Notes under the pieces: model-generated | What the model was told of the DNA's origin: nothing | Seen by the model: the letters and a program-made list of their open reading frames with translations, nothing else | The model's database searches: none | Program-made: the position numbers and the translations under genes | Assembly (NCBI GenBank): GCA_017550315.1 | Contig: JAFZPN010000058.1 | Location: 4,793 to 68,792, forward strand | DNA from: Clostridia bacterium | Lineage (GTDB): Bacteria; Bacillota; Clostridia; Oscillospirales; CAG-272 | DNA: 64,000 bases | Direction of reading: 5' to 3' | Shown here: positions 1 to 10,200 of the stretch, piece after piece | How positions within the stretch are numbered: position 1 is the first letter of the stretch | How the letters are laid out: the number at the start of each line of letters is the position of its first letter

Positions 1-241
1 GGCAGATCGTCACGTCCGATTCGCCGGCCGTCACGGTGAGCTCTCCGACGGAGACGACGGTTTTGCCGTCCTCCTCCCGCGCCTCAAAGGCGGGATCGGC
101 GGGCATCGGTGCGGTGACGGAGAAGGAGGCGGGTTCCGGGGTGTCGGGCGCGCCGCAGGTCACGCGGATGACCCGGGCGGAATAGGGAAGGATGCGGAGG
201 ACCGCGTCGTCGCTTTGAATCCATGCGCCTGTCTGAATCAT
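1..241 (-). CDS. N-terminal fragment of a probable glycoside hydrolase (gene runs off the window start)
   Basis: ATG at 241-239 is preceded by GGGAGA, and the frame stays open to position 1. The translation MIQTGAWIQSDDAVLRILPYSARVIRVTCG weakly resembles the N-terminal beta-sandwich of GH31-type enzymes. Confidence 0.4.
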   Translation of the reverse strand, partial: MIQTGAWIQSDDAVLRILPYSARVIRVTCGAPDTPEPASFSVTAPMPADPAFEAREEDGKTVVSVGELTVTAGESDVTIC

Positions 242-306
242 AGTGGTCTCCCTGCTTTCATGATGATGTCGGAAGATTTGCAGAGGAAAGCGGTTTCCCG
301 GATCCC

Positions 307-1296
307 TCACATAAACAGCGTGCGGTATGTCTCCGCGACGAACTTGTGGTTCTCCGCCGAGTAGGTTTTGTCATCCGGGATTCCCATCAGGACTTTGATC
401 AGCGCGGCGGGATCGCACCACGTGGTCTCCATCACGCCGCGGATGTTTCCGCCGTCGTGCGCCTTGGCGTATTCGATGAACTTCACGGCGTTGTCCTTGT
501 ACCGCCACGGGCAGAGGACGGCGTCGAATCCCGCCTCGGCGAAGACCTCGACCGAGGGGTAGGCCGGCATGTTCTCATAGTGCCAGTCGCAGAGCAGGAT
601 GTCCTTCGGCAGGGTGGATATGGCGGCCTCGGTCCCGTTCTGCGAGGCTTCCCAGCGGCCGTATCCGGTGGCGGTGCCGTCGAGGAGGCGGTCGCCCCAC
701 ATCATGGTGCGGATGCCGCGGGCGGCGAGGAAGTCGTGGATCGCGTTTACCCAGCCGGAGAACAGTTCGGCGGTCGATTTGTCGCGGCAGCGCGGGCACT
801 TCGCGATCTCGAAGACCTCGTCGCAGCCGATGTGGAACGTCTTCGCGCCGAACGCGTCGGCCATCTCCCCGCAGAGGTCAAGGACCACGGCGGGGCATTC
901 CGGATCGGACGGACAGAGCGAGCGGCAGTATTCGACCTCGTCCGCGTCGGGCGTCTCGTCGAACTGCGGGAAGCCGCGCAGAAGCCCGTCGAGGGACTCC
1001 CGGGTTTTCGCCTTGCCCGACTGATGGCCGAGGAGGTTCATCTTCGGGATGAGCTCGATGCCGCATTCGTCGCAGACCGCCCTGATCGCGGCGACGTCGG
1101 CTTTCGAGAGCGGATCGTTCCCCCGGCACTCCGGATGCGTCTCGAAGGCGTACCGGTAGCGCGTCAGGAGAACGAGGGTGTTGATGCCGTCCGCGGCGAG
1201 GCGTTCCCGGACGAAGCGGACGAACAGATCGAGGTCTGCCGGTTTCGGGGCTGTGATGCAGAGCCCGCGGATGTTCCAGGTGGACGGATAAGTCAT
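307..1296 (-). CDS. GH20-like beta-N-acetylhexosaminidase catalytic-domain protein (no signal peptide)
   Basis: 329-aa ORF with a GGAGGG RBS. It has TIM-barrel hexosaminidase-like motifs (LLGHQSG, HIGCDEV Asp-Glu pair, MWGDR, CDWHY). Confidence 0.75.
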   Translation of the reverse strand: MTYPSTWNIRGLCITAPKPADLDLFVRFVRERLAADGINTLVLLTRYRYAFETHPECRGNDPLSKADVAAIRAVCDECGIELIPKMNLLGHQSGKAKTRESLDGLLRGFPQFDETPDADEVEYCRSLCPSDPECPAVVLDLCGEMADAFGAKTFHIGCDEVFEIAKCPRCRDKSTAELFSGWVNAIHDFLAARGIRTMMWGDRLLDGTATGYGRWEASQNGTEAAISTLPKDILLCDWHYENMPAYPSVEVFAEAGFDAVLCPWRYKDNAVKFIEYAKAHDGGNIRGVMETTWCDPAALIKVLMGIPDDKTYSAENHKFVAETYRTLFM

Positions 1297-1371
1297 GTTT
1301 GTGCCCTCCGGTAAGTAGATTTATTTTTCATGCGGGTATGGGACGGATGAAGGAGCGCGGAGACAGGGAGA

Positions 1372-2469
1372 TCAAATCCCCTCCGCGTCGAGCAGATGAG
1401 CGTCGTTTTCGATCCGGGCGAGGGCGCCGTCGAAGCAGCAGATGTTTTCCGCCCGCAGCCGCGCGATGCATCCGGCCAGACGCAGCGCGGTATCGGCGCG
1501 GGAATATACGTTCCGGACCGTGATGTTGAAGGTCTCCTCGAAGGTCGAGTGCCGGGAGCCGTAGAGGTGGTTGTCGCCGATCCGGACGCCGCAGATCCCG
1601 CGGTCCATGTGCGCGCTGCCCATCGAGCTGTCCGTCATGCCGTCGACGAGGATGTTGTAAAGCCGGACGCCGCCCTGATTCAGGAGCCGGATATTGGCGC
1701 AGAACGCCTCGCAGTCGACGTTCCGGATCGTCACGTTGCAGATGTCGTCGCTCAGCGCAGCGCCGCCGCTTTCCTTCGGCCGGAAGAGCGATTCGAGACG
1801 CCCGGGCAGTCCGGTCAGGGCGACGGTATCGTCCTGCGTGAAGCCGGTCACGTGGTCGATCAGGATGTCCCGGCAGCCGCAGCGGAGATCGATCCCGTCG
1901 GCATTGTGGATGTGACAGGCCGCGTAGCCGTTGTCCCGGTGTGTGAGCCCGGGGACGAGCGTGCCGTCCGGCTCTGCGCGGCGGTCGTCCGCCAGGAAAT
2001 CGATGTCCCGCAGAAGCCCGTGCCGGCACCAGAGCAGGTTGATCGCCCACCACCGCTGACGGCGGAGATGCAGCCCCTCGATGCGGAAGCCGTCCACGTT
2101 ACCAAGAAGGATCAGATTGTTCACGGAAATGTGCGGCATGCCGTCCTTCTCCGAATTGCGTTCGGAGAGGCCGTTGTATTCCCCGCCGTCGAGGATCGCC
2201 CGTCCGCGCCCGAGAATGCGGATCTCCCGGTCCGGGCAGTCCGCGCGCGCATCCGTCGCCCCCATGTTCCGGAGGAGATTGCAGAAGGTCCCGGGCGCCA
2301 TGCGGAGGTGGCAGTCCTCGAGGATCAGCGTGAAGTCCGAGGGGAGGAGGACGGTGTCCTCGATCTCATAATTCCCGGTCACGGTCAGCGTCCGGGGCAG
2401 GGAGGGGTCAGAGAGGATCGCGCGGATCCGTTCGTTCAGGATCGCGGCCCCGTTTCGGATAAAGTCCAT
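1372..2469 (-). CDS. right-handed parallel beta-helix protein (GH28 / pectate-lyase-fold glycanase)
   Basis: Start placed at ATG 2469 (GGGGG RBS 9 nt upstream) rather than the RBS-less ATG at 2517. The protein has repeated beta-helix coils (NLILLGNVDGFRIEGL, ILIDHVTGF, NVTIRNVDC, NITVRNVY). Confidence 0.65.
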   Translation of the reverse strand: MDFIRNGAAILNERIRAILSDPSLPRTLTVTGNYEIEDTVLLPSDFTLILEDCHLRMAPGTFCNLLRNMGATDARADCPDREIRILGRGRAILDGGEYNGLSERNSEKDGMPHISVNNLILLGNVDGFRIEGLHLRRQRWWAINLLWCRHGLLRDIDFLADDRRAEPDGTLVPGLTHRDNGYAACHIHNADGIDLRCGCRDILIDHVTGFTQDDTVALTGLPGRLESLFRPKESGGAALSDDICNVTIRNVDCEAFCANIRLLNQGGVRLYNILVDGMTDSSMGSAHMDRGICGVRIGDNHLYGSRHSTFEETFNITVRNVYSRADTALRLAGCIARLRAENICCFDGALARIENDAHLLDAEGI

Positions 2470-2550
2470 CGGTTCGGTCCCCCTTTTTTCTCCAATATAC
2501 CATATATTTGTGTCCATATTGTGTCCGGGAGAGAATTTTCCGCCCCGTCT

Positions 2551-3459
2551 TTACCGCGGGCCCGCCGTCTCCCGGAACCGGTTCCAGCGGCGGTATTCCG
2601 AGGGGGAGATCCCGTTTCGCGCTTTGAAACGGCGGGAAAACGCGAAGATGTCCCGAAAACCCGTCTGTTCCGCGATCTCCGTGACGGAGAGGGAGGTGCG
2701 CATCAGCATATTCTTCGCGAGCGACAGGCGGTACTCTGTCAGATATTCGTGCGGCGGCATGCCGTAGGTCTCCTGGAAGAGCGCGAACAGGGCGGAGCGG
2801 GAGAGGCTGACGGCCCGGGCGATCTCGTGCGCGGTGACGGGGCGGGCGTAGTTTTTCCGGATGTATTCGACCGCGCGCGCCATGGCTTCGACGGTTTCCG
2901 GTTTCTTCTCCGTCTTCCGCCGGTCGTGTGCCAGAAGGAGCATCAGGAGGGAATAGATCTCCCCGGACAGCCCCGGATAGTCCTCGATCACCTCTTCCTC
3001 CGTGTCGTCTAAGATGCGGTCGAGGATCGCCTCCGCGTGTCCGATCTCCCCTTCGTCGAAGACGCGCACGGGACCGTGCTGTTCCAGATAAGCGAACAGA
3101 TCCGACGCGCCGCCGCCCCGGAAGTGGATGTATTTGAACTCCCATCCCTCCTTCACGGGGAAGTATTCGTGGCGGATCTGCGTGTCGATCAGGAAGCAGG
3201 ATCCCCGCCCGAGCGTCGTGTGGGTGTTTTGATACCGGAATTCCCCCTCGCCCGCGAGCGTCAAGAGAAGCAGCGCGGAGGGCTCCATTTTTCTTGCGAT
3301 GTGAAAATCCTTTCCGCAGATATAGTGCCCCACATACCGCATGGAGAAGAGCAGCTCGCTGAGTGGCCCGAGCGGGATGTCGTGATTCCGCCGGAAAAAC
3401 AGGCAGGTCGGCGCTTCCGAGGAGGGATAGAGGGGGCTCGTGACGTCGTCGGTTTTCAT
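2551..3459 (-). CDS. AraC-family transcriptional regulator (cupin sensor + dual HTH)
   Basis: The C-terminal region has the typical AraC HTH pair (VTAHEIARAVSLSRSALFALFQETYGMPPHEYL ... SLSVTEIAEQTGFRDIFAFSRRFKARNGISPSEYR). Start ATG 3459 has a GGAGG RBS. The gene is divergent from the 3663 operon. Confidence 0.85.
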   Translation of the reverse strand: MKTDDVTSPLYPSSEAPTCLFFRRNHDIPLGPLSELLFSMRYVGHYICGKDFHIARKMEPSALLLLTLAGEGEFRYQNTHTTLGRGSCFLIDTQIRHEYFPVKEGWEFKYIHFRGGGASDLFAYLEQHGPVRVFDEGEIGHAEAILDRILDDTEEEVIEDYPGLSGEIYSLLMLLLAHDRRKTEKKPETVEAMARAVEYIRKNYARPVTAHEIARAVSLSRSALFALFQETYGMPPHEYLTEYRLSLAKNMLMRTSLSVTEIAEQTGFRDIFAFSRRFKARNGISPSEYRRWNRFRETAGPR

Positions 3460-3504
3460 GATCGCCTCCGGACGAAAAGCCAAAAATTTCTGGACGAAAA
3501 GGCA

Positions 3505-3533
3505 TGTTCTTCTTCCGGGATTCTTGGTATAAT
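3505..3533 (+). promoter_or_regulatory. extended -10 promoter for the 3663-7129 operon
   Basis: TGGTATAAT at 3525-3533 with a weak -35 TGTTCT at 3505-3510. It lies about 130 nt upstream of the URO-D-like gene. Confidence 0.5.
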
Positions 3534-3662
3534 GTACAAAGAATCAAGCCCCGGAACCCGGGTTTCGGACGAAATGCCTTCCTCGCGATCATTATAGCAC
3601 ATTTTTCCGGGAAGCGCAAGACGGATCCGGGCCGGATTTTGGGCGAACCGATCGGAGACTTC

Positions 3663-4658
3663 ATGACAAAACGGGAACGGGTAAAGGCTGCGATCCGCCA
3701 CGAGACGCCTGACAAGACGCCAACATTCTTTCATTTCGCTTACGACGGGCTGACCAAATACGGGGAAAGCCTTTGGGAGCGCTACGGGCGGGACGACATG
3801 CGGAAGCTGCATGCCGAAGGGAAGCTCGAATACCGCAATGCGTTATATTACAGCATGGGGAACCACGTCTGTTTCCTCGAGAACTTCCCCTGGTGGGACT
3901 GGAAGGATCTCCCCGCCGCCTACAAAAGGGAGGACACGCCGGACTTCATCCCCGGGACCCGGGATTTCGGGAGCATGGAGGTCTTCGCCTCTTCCGTGCG
4001 CTATCTGCGGGAATATACCGACGCGTACATCCTCGCCGAGGTCTGGACGAGCGATTTTGAGAAGGCCTACTTCTCCCGCGGGCTCGAATACTTCCTCGCG
4101 GACATGGCGGCGGAGCCGGAATTCGCCATGGAACTGCTCGACTTCATCACCGAAAAGAATCTCTCGATTCTGGAGCAGATCGTCCGGACCCCCGGCCTCG
4201 ACGGCGTGCTCCTCGGAAACGACTGGGGCTCCCAGCGCGATCTCTTGATGTCGCCGCAGACCTGGCGGACGATGCTGAAGCCCGGCGCAAAGCGGGAATA
4301 CGATCTCATCCGCGGCGCGGGACTGGACGTCTGGGTCCACTCCTGCGGGGATATCCGCAAGATCCTGCCCGATCTTGTCGAGATGGGGGCGGACGTGCTC
4401 AATCCCGTACAGCCGGAATGCATGGACATTCTCGAACTGAAACGGGACTACGGCAGGGATCTGACCTTCTGGGGCGGGATCAGCACGCAGCGGACGCTTC
4501 CGTACGGAACCCCCGACGAGGTGCGGGAGGAGACGCGGCGCGTGACGGCTGCGCTCGGCGAGGGCGGCGGATACCTCATCGCCGCGGCGCAGGGCATCCA
4601 GGCGGACGTGCCGCTCGAGAACATCTGCGCGCTGGTCGACACCGCGAACGAACTCTGA
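3663..4658 (+). CDS. uroporphyrinogen-decarboxylase (URO-D) family protein of unknown substrate
   Basis: Start trimmed to ATG 3663 (MTKRERVKAAIRHE). It has the URO-D-like C-terminal signature (VWVHSCGDIRKILPDLVEMGADVLNPVQPECMDILELKRDYG ... GGGYLIAAAQGIQADVPLENI). Confidence 0.8.
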   Translation: MTKRERVKAAIRHETPDKTPTFFHFAYDGLTKYGESLWERYGRDDMRKLHAEGKLEYRNALYYSMGNHVCFLENFPWWDWKDLPAAYKREDTPDFIPGTRDFGSMEVFASSVRYLREYTDAYILAEVWTSDFEKAYFSRGLEYFLADMAAEPEFAMELLDFITEKNLSILEQIVRTPGLDGVLLGNDWGSQRDLLMSPQTWRTMLKPGAKREYDLIRGAGLDVWVHSCGDIRKILPDLVEMGADVLNPVQPECMDILELKRDYGRDLTFWGGISTQRTLPYGTPDEVREETRRVTAALGEGGGYLIAAAQGIQADVPLENICALVDTANEL

Positions 4659-4696
4659 TGAAGATAACGATAAAGCAAGAAGGAGGAGTAAAGAAC

Positions 4697-6187
4697 ATGA
4701 AAAAAGCGCTGTCCATTCTGCTCGCCCTCGCGCTGCTGCTTCCGCTGGCGGCGTGCAGCGAAAAACCGGCGGATCCCGACACCCCGGCGTCCGATCCGAC
4801 CGTGACGGGCGCTCCGGCCGAGAATCCGGCGCCGGAGACCGAGGCCCCCGAAACCGAGGCAAAGCTCCTGCCCGACATCCCCGACAGGACGTACGACGGG
4901 CAGTCGTTCCGCTTCCTCTCCCGCGAGGTCGTCGACGCCGTCGTGCGCTTCTATTCCGAAGTCGCGTCGGACGAGATGAACGGAGAGGCCATGAACGACG
5001 CCACCTTCGAGCGGACCGGGAGGCTTGAAGAGACGTGGGACATCCACATCGTAAACGATACCCACTCGAATGTAGGGCAGGCGTTCGGCAATTCCTACCG
5101 GGCAGCCGAACAGAACTGGGACGTGATCATCCCCGGCTTCGGCGACGCGGTCAGCCTGATGCAGCAGGGCATGACGGCAAATCTGTATGACGTGGAGCAC
5201 ATCGACGTATCAAAACCGTGGTGGGACGGTGCGGTGGCGGAGTCCATGGAGATCGGGAAGAAGCTCTACGGCGCGATCGGTTCGATCAACACCTGGACGG
5301 ATTCCCATACCTACGGAACGACATTCAATAAGGATCTCGCGAAGGATTACGGGGTCGATCCCTATACGATGGTGCGCGAGGGCAAGTGGACCCTTGACAA
5401 TATGTATGCCATCGCACAGAACGTGACGACCGACCGGGACGGCAACGGCGAATGGGATCAGAACGACCGCTACGGCATCTCCGGTACGAACTACGGCTTC
5501 AACCTTCACATGATCGCGTCCGGCATCCGTGTGTTCGAGAATGACGAGGACGGGTACCCGCGGCTGAACATCACGGAAAAGTTCTATGATGCCGCAGAAA
5601 AAGTCTGCGCGATCATGACGAGCGGGAACTACATGAAAGCGGAGGACCTGACCGGTAAGGTCGACGATATCTGGGACAAAGGCCTCAGAGACAATTTCCG
5701 TACCGGCGGGGCGCTCTTCCTTGTGAACGGCATCGAGGAGATCATCATCTACCGGGATCTCGACGTGGACATCGGCCTGCTCCCCCTGCCGAAGTATGAC
5801 GAGGAGCAGGAAAGATTCTATCATCCCTTCAGTACCTACTGGGCCAGCATCATTCTCATTCCGCGCAATTCCGAAACGACGGAGTTCACCGGCGCGATGC
5901 TCGAGGCCATGAACGCGGACGCGTTTTATTCCACCTCGGTCGTCTATTACGACGTCCTGCTCGCGGGCAAGGCCATGCGGGATCCGGATTCCGTCGAGAT
6001 GCTGAACGTCATCCGCTCTTCCCGCGTCCAGGATACCGAACTGGTTTACAATTTCCTCGGCCTGAGCAATTTGTACACGGGACTGCTGAATGCGGGATCC
6101 GCCGACACCATCGCGTCCTCGATCCAGAGGAATCAGAAGGTGGCGGAAAAGCAAATCGAAAAGTTCATCAAGCAGTATCAGGATTGA
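4697..6187 (+). CDS. large ABC-type extracellular solute-binding lipoprotein (LplA-like family 1 SBP)
   Basis: AGGAGG RBS, then ATG at 4697. Signal peptide with lipobox LAAC (MKKALSILLALALLLPLAACS) and a Pro/Glu/Thr linker. About 500 aa, with an SBP-like body. Confidence 0.85.
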   Translation: MKKALSILLALALLLPLAACSEKPADPDTPASDPTVTGAPAENPAPETEAPETEAKLLPDIPDRTYDGQSFRFLSREVVDAVVRFYSEVASDEMNGEAMNDATFERTGRLEETWDIHIVNDTHSNVGQAFGNSYRAAEQNWDVIIPGFGDAVSLMQQGMTANLYDVEHIDVSKPWWDGAVAESMEIGKKLYGAIGSINTWTDSHTYGTTFNKDLAKDYGVDPYTMVREGKWTLDNMYAIAQNVTTDRDGNGEWDQNDRYGISGTNYGFNLHMIASGIRVFENDEDGYPRLNITEKFYDAAEKVCAIMTSGNYMKAEDLTGKVDDIWDKGLRDNFRTGGALFLVNGIEEIIIYRDLDVDIGLLPLPKYDEEQERFYHPFSTYWASIILIPRNSETTEFTGAMLEAMNADAFYSTSVVYYDVLLAGKAMRDPDSVEMLNVIRSSRVQDTELVYNFLGLSNLYTGLLNAGSADTIASSIQRNQKVAEKQIEKFIKQYQD

Positions 6188-6226
6188 CCCCGGCGCGGAC
6201 TGCCGGGACACGGAAAGAGGTTTATC

Positions 6227-7129
6227 ATGGAAGTGAGCGCATTTCAGAAACATCCCACCCCCGTCTTCGGGGACAAATCGACCGGGACGATGTTCGACGC
6301 CTTTGTGCGCAGGCAGCCGGACGGACGGCTGCGGATGGACGTCTCGTGGCGGCCGCGGGAATCCTTCGCCGTGACCTTCTCGGACGACGGTTTTCACTGG
6401 AGCGAACCGGTCATCACACTCGGCCCGGACAAAACCTCCGGCTGGGAGCAGATCGTCAACCGCTGCTGCGTCCTGCCCGATCCGAAGGGGAACGGCTGGC
6501 TCATGTGGTACACCGGGCAGGTCTGGGACTGGGGAACGGGCCACGGCGTCTCGAAGATCGGCGTCGCGCGCTCGGACGACGGCATTCATTTCGAGCGGTT
6601 CCGCTGCGATCCCGTGCTCGTCCCGGAGGCGGATTTCGAGAAGGAATCCGTCATGAACCCCTTCGTCATGGTGGACGGGGGCAGGTTCCGCATGTGGTAC
6701 GCCGCCGGGGAGACCTACGAGCCGAACGTGATCGGCTACGCGGAATCCGACGACGGCGTGAGGTGGACGAAATACCCGGGGAATCCCGTTTTTGCCTACA
6801 ATCCCGAAAAGGAATACGAGCAGGAGCGGATCGGCGCGGTCGACATCCTCAAAGAAGACGACGGGTATCTCATGTTCTACATCGGCTACCGGGACATCCA
6901 CACGGCCTGTATCTGCGCCGCGCGCTCGCGGGACGGGATCACCGGATGGGAGCGCGTTCCGGAGAATCCGCTCGTCATGCCGTCACCCGGGGAATGGGAC
7001 GCCGATTCCTGCTATAAGCCGACGGTCGTGAAAGCCGACGACGGCACGTACCGCCTCTGGTACAACGGACGCCGCGGCGGCGATGAGTTCATTGGATACG
7101 CCGAAGGGCGGATCGCGCCGCGCGGATGA
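6227..7129 (+). CDS. five-bladed beta-propeller glycoside hydrolase-like protein (GH43/GH130/DUF377 clan)
   Basis: Repeated blade motifs (WLMWYTG...KIGVARSDDGIHF; FRMWYAAG...IGYAESDDGVRW; YLMFYIGY...ICAARSRDGITGW; YRLWYNGR). No signal peptide. Confidence 0.6.
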   Translation: MEVSAFQKHPTPVFGDKSTGTMFDAFVRRQPDGRLRMDVSWRPRESFAVTFSDDGFHWSEPVITLGPDKTSGWEQIVNRCCVLPDPKGNGWLMWYTGQVWDWGTGHGVSKIGVARSDDGIHFERFRCDPVLVPEADFEKESVMNPFVMVDGGRFRMWYAAGETYEPNVIGYAESDDGVRWTKYPGNPVFAYNPEKEYEQERIGAVDILKEDDGYLMFYIGYRDIHTACICAARSRDGITGWERVPENPLVMPSPGEWDADSCYKPTVVKADDGTYRLWYNGRRGGDEFIGYAEGRIAPRG

Positions 7130-7163
7130 TGGTATGCGCAGGATACCGGCATACAAACACAAA

Positions 7164-7205
7164 GGGCGATGATCCATCCGCGGATCACCGCCCTGTTTCG
7201 TTTTC
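7164..7205. terminator. bidirectional rho-independent terminator between convergent genes
   Basis: GC-rich stem GGGCGATGATCC / GGATCACCGCCC (1 mismatch). It is followed by TGTTTCGTTTTC on the + strand and TTTGTGTTTG on the - strand. Confidence 0.6.
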
Positions 7206-7243
7206 TCACCCGCTGCAGCCGCCATGAGCGCGGGAGCCTCTGT

Positions 7244-10200
7244 TTATTCCATTTTGGCAGCGGCCCACCTGACATACTCGGACACGGTGCCGTCCCCGGC
7301 CTGTCCGTCCGTGCCCGTGCCGTTCACGCGGACGACCCCGTCGGCATCGAGATACGCAAGGAACGCATATCCCGCCGCGACGTCGCAGACCCCCTCCCCC
7401 ACGAGCAGGGAAGGGACGCCGTCGACCGCCGGGCTGCCGAGACAGTTCCCGTTGTTGATGCCGTAGCCGTACAGCGCGCCGGAGCCGGTCAGGATCGCGA
7501 TGTCGCCGAAATGGATCGCCGCTTTCGTCACGTCGGAGACCGAGAGCTTCTCCGCGCCCGCGGTTCCGGTGCCCTGCTTGAATCCCGCGATCGACCGCCA
7601 GCCGGCGTAATACAGCGATCCGTCCTCCGTGACCATCAAAAGTTCATGTTCGCCGCTCGCGATCGACTGAACGCCGGAGAGGAGCTTGTGCGGCGAGGTG
7701 ATGTTCTCGTCGGAGTCGCGGAATTTGTGCCAGCGGCCGTCGCCCAGCACATAGCAGTCCCCGTTCCGATCGACGTAGGCGGTGTTCCGGCGTCCGGCGG
7801 AGATCATCACGGCGCCGTCGGCGATTTTCGAGAAGGTCATGACGGAGCCGCCCAGGTCCTGCTCGCCGAGCTGACCGTAGCGGTTGTCCCCGATGCCCCA
7901 CACCGTGCCGTTCTGATCGAGGACGAGCAGGTGGTCGTAGCCGACGCTGACGGAGACGGGGATGCCGTCGAATTCGAGCATCGTCCACGGGGCGGAATCC
8001 GTGTCCACGCCCGGGACGGTCGATGTGCCGCTCACATAGATTTCCCCGTCGAGCGTCAGGATCGCCGCCATGATATTGTTGTTGCCGTTTTCGAGATCGT
8101 TTCCGTGGCAGACTTCGATCTGCGCGACGTTTTCGTGCACGAGCCTCGGCGTCGTGATCCGGTCTTCGGATTCCCCCGCGCCGAGGACGTTGTTTTCGTT
8201 GCTCCCCCACGCATAGAGGCGGCTGTCCGGGGCCAGATAAAACAGCTCGCATCCGCCGGCGACGATGCCGGAGCGTACGGACAGACCGTCCGGGCGGGCG
8301 GTTTTTTTCGTCTCAAAGCGGATCTCTCCCGGCCCGCCGGCGGTGATCTCGGCTTCGCTTCCCTCGTACCGCACGGTGCTGCCGTTCTGATCCGTGAAGA
8401 GGATCGCGGTGATCTCGTAGCCCTCCCGGGCCTCGGCGGCGACGTGCACGGTCAGGGAATCCTCAAACGATCTGATCCACGGATTCGGGACTGCCTCGCC
8501 GTTCACGGTGACCGAAAGCCGTGTCTCGGAGAAATACACCGCGAGCGAATTGCCGCCGAGATTGCGCAGATCTTCCTCGGAGACTTTGAAATAGGAGCAC
8601 AGGAAGCGCAGAGCGTACTTGTTCCGGTTCCGGACGAACCGCCGCATGTCGGAGATCGAAGAATTGTACGTGTCCATGCTCGCGCCCCAGCGCTGCGACT
8701 GCAGGTTCTCGATGGGGGAGCGTTCCCACACGATGGCGTCGAGCTCTTCTTCCATCTTCGCGGGGACGTAGATCTCGTTCAGTGCCTGATAGAAGCGCGC
8801 GAGGAACCGGTTCTTGAAGCCCTCGTTTTTCAGAAGCTTGTGGATGATGCTGCTGGCGACCGTGCCGTCGGAGCCGAGCCAGCTGAAATAGCTCGAGGTC
8901 TCCGTCGTGTTGTTCGCGTCTTTATAGAACGAGATGCCCATGTCCATGTCCAGCATGACGAAGTGCCACCGGTTGTCCGCCCCGGAAGGATCGTCGGCGG
9001 CACGGTTGCGCCACAGCTTGATGTTGTTGCCGGGGAAGTCGAGCGAGCTGAAATAGAGCCGCGAGACGAACAGATCGATGAGGGAATCGAGGTCCAGCTT
9101 GCTTTCCACGTAGGCGAAACACTCGCCCGACGTCATGTCGTTTTTGCGGATGTATTTCACCAGATCGTTGAAGTCGTCCGCGTCGTCTTCGAGGCCGGAG
9201 GTCACGATGAACGGGGCGTTCTGATTCGTATGTACCTGCGAGTAGTCGCTTTCGATCAGGGCGACGTTGTCCTTGTCGATCCCGTAGTGGGACTCGACGT
9301 AGTCCCCGCTGTACCGCTCGCGGGCGTTGTAGATCCCCCAGAAATCCCCGTTGATGAACACGAGCACCGGTGCGTAGGCCATGGTGTCGGCGGCCATTTC
9401 ACTGCTGAGGCGCTGCATGTATGCGTCGCGGATGTAGGACACCTTGTGGTCGTTGCCGGAATTGCGCAGAACGAGCCGCGAGAAATCGGTGATGGACTGT
9501 CCCTTGGCATTGGTGGCGCGGCCGTCGAACAGGTCGTAATAGAGCCGGGAATCCGTGCCGTCCGTTTCGTTTTCGGAGCCCTTGTAAAACACCTTCATGG
9601 AGCGCATGCCGGTGCCGGACGATCCGTGGCCGCTCGCCGCGAGCTCGACGTTGGAATATCCGCGGCGGACGCCGTCTGCGTCGAACACCTCGAGGAACGC
9701 TTTGCCGCGCGTGTTGGGATCGTTGGAGGACGGGTTGAAATTGTGATAGAAGCCGGGATTTCCGAACATCTCCTTTGTCTCCAGCGAAACGGACATGACC
9801 GTCACGCCGTATTTCGCCATCTTCTCGCTGACGAAATAGGAGTTCGTGTAGACGCCGGTGTAGTCCTCCCCGTTCGTGGCGCAGGCCTTGATCACGTGCG
9901 CGCCGATCATTTTCTTCGCGGAGGAGGCGATGTTGCTGACATACCGCAAGCCGGTCGTGTATGTGTTCCCGAACTCCGTTTCGGTCGTGTCGGTCAGCGG
10001 GATGGCGGCTTTGTACTGCATCCGGGTGTTCGAGGTCGTCGGATCCGATCCGTCCGTGGTGTAGTAGATCGTGCCGTAGCCGGATGGCGCGGAGAGCTCG
10101 AGATCGAGGGGGGCGGCGTAGAAGCCGGCGGCATGCGAGAATTTCACCTCGCGGAGCTTGGAGCCGAGGACGGCGGCGCGCGAACCGTTCATGGCGGCGG

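Noticed and set aside
4418-4696. Upstream extension of the SBP ORF overlapping the URO-D-like gene
   Set aside because: It lies out of frame over a well-supported gene. The AGGAGG RBS plus ATG 4697 gives a canonical lipoprotein signal.
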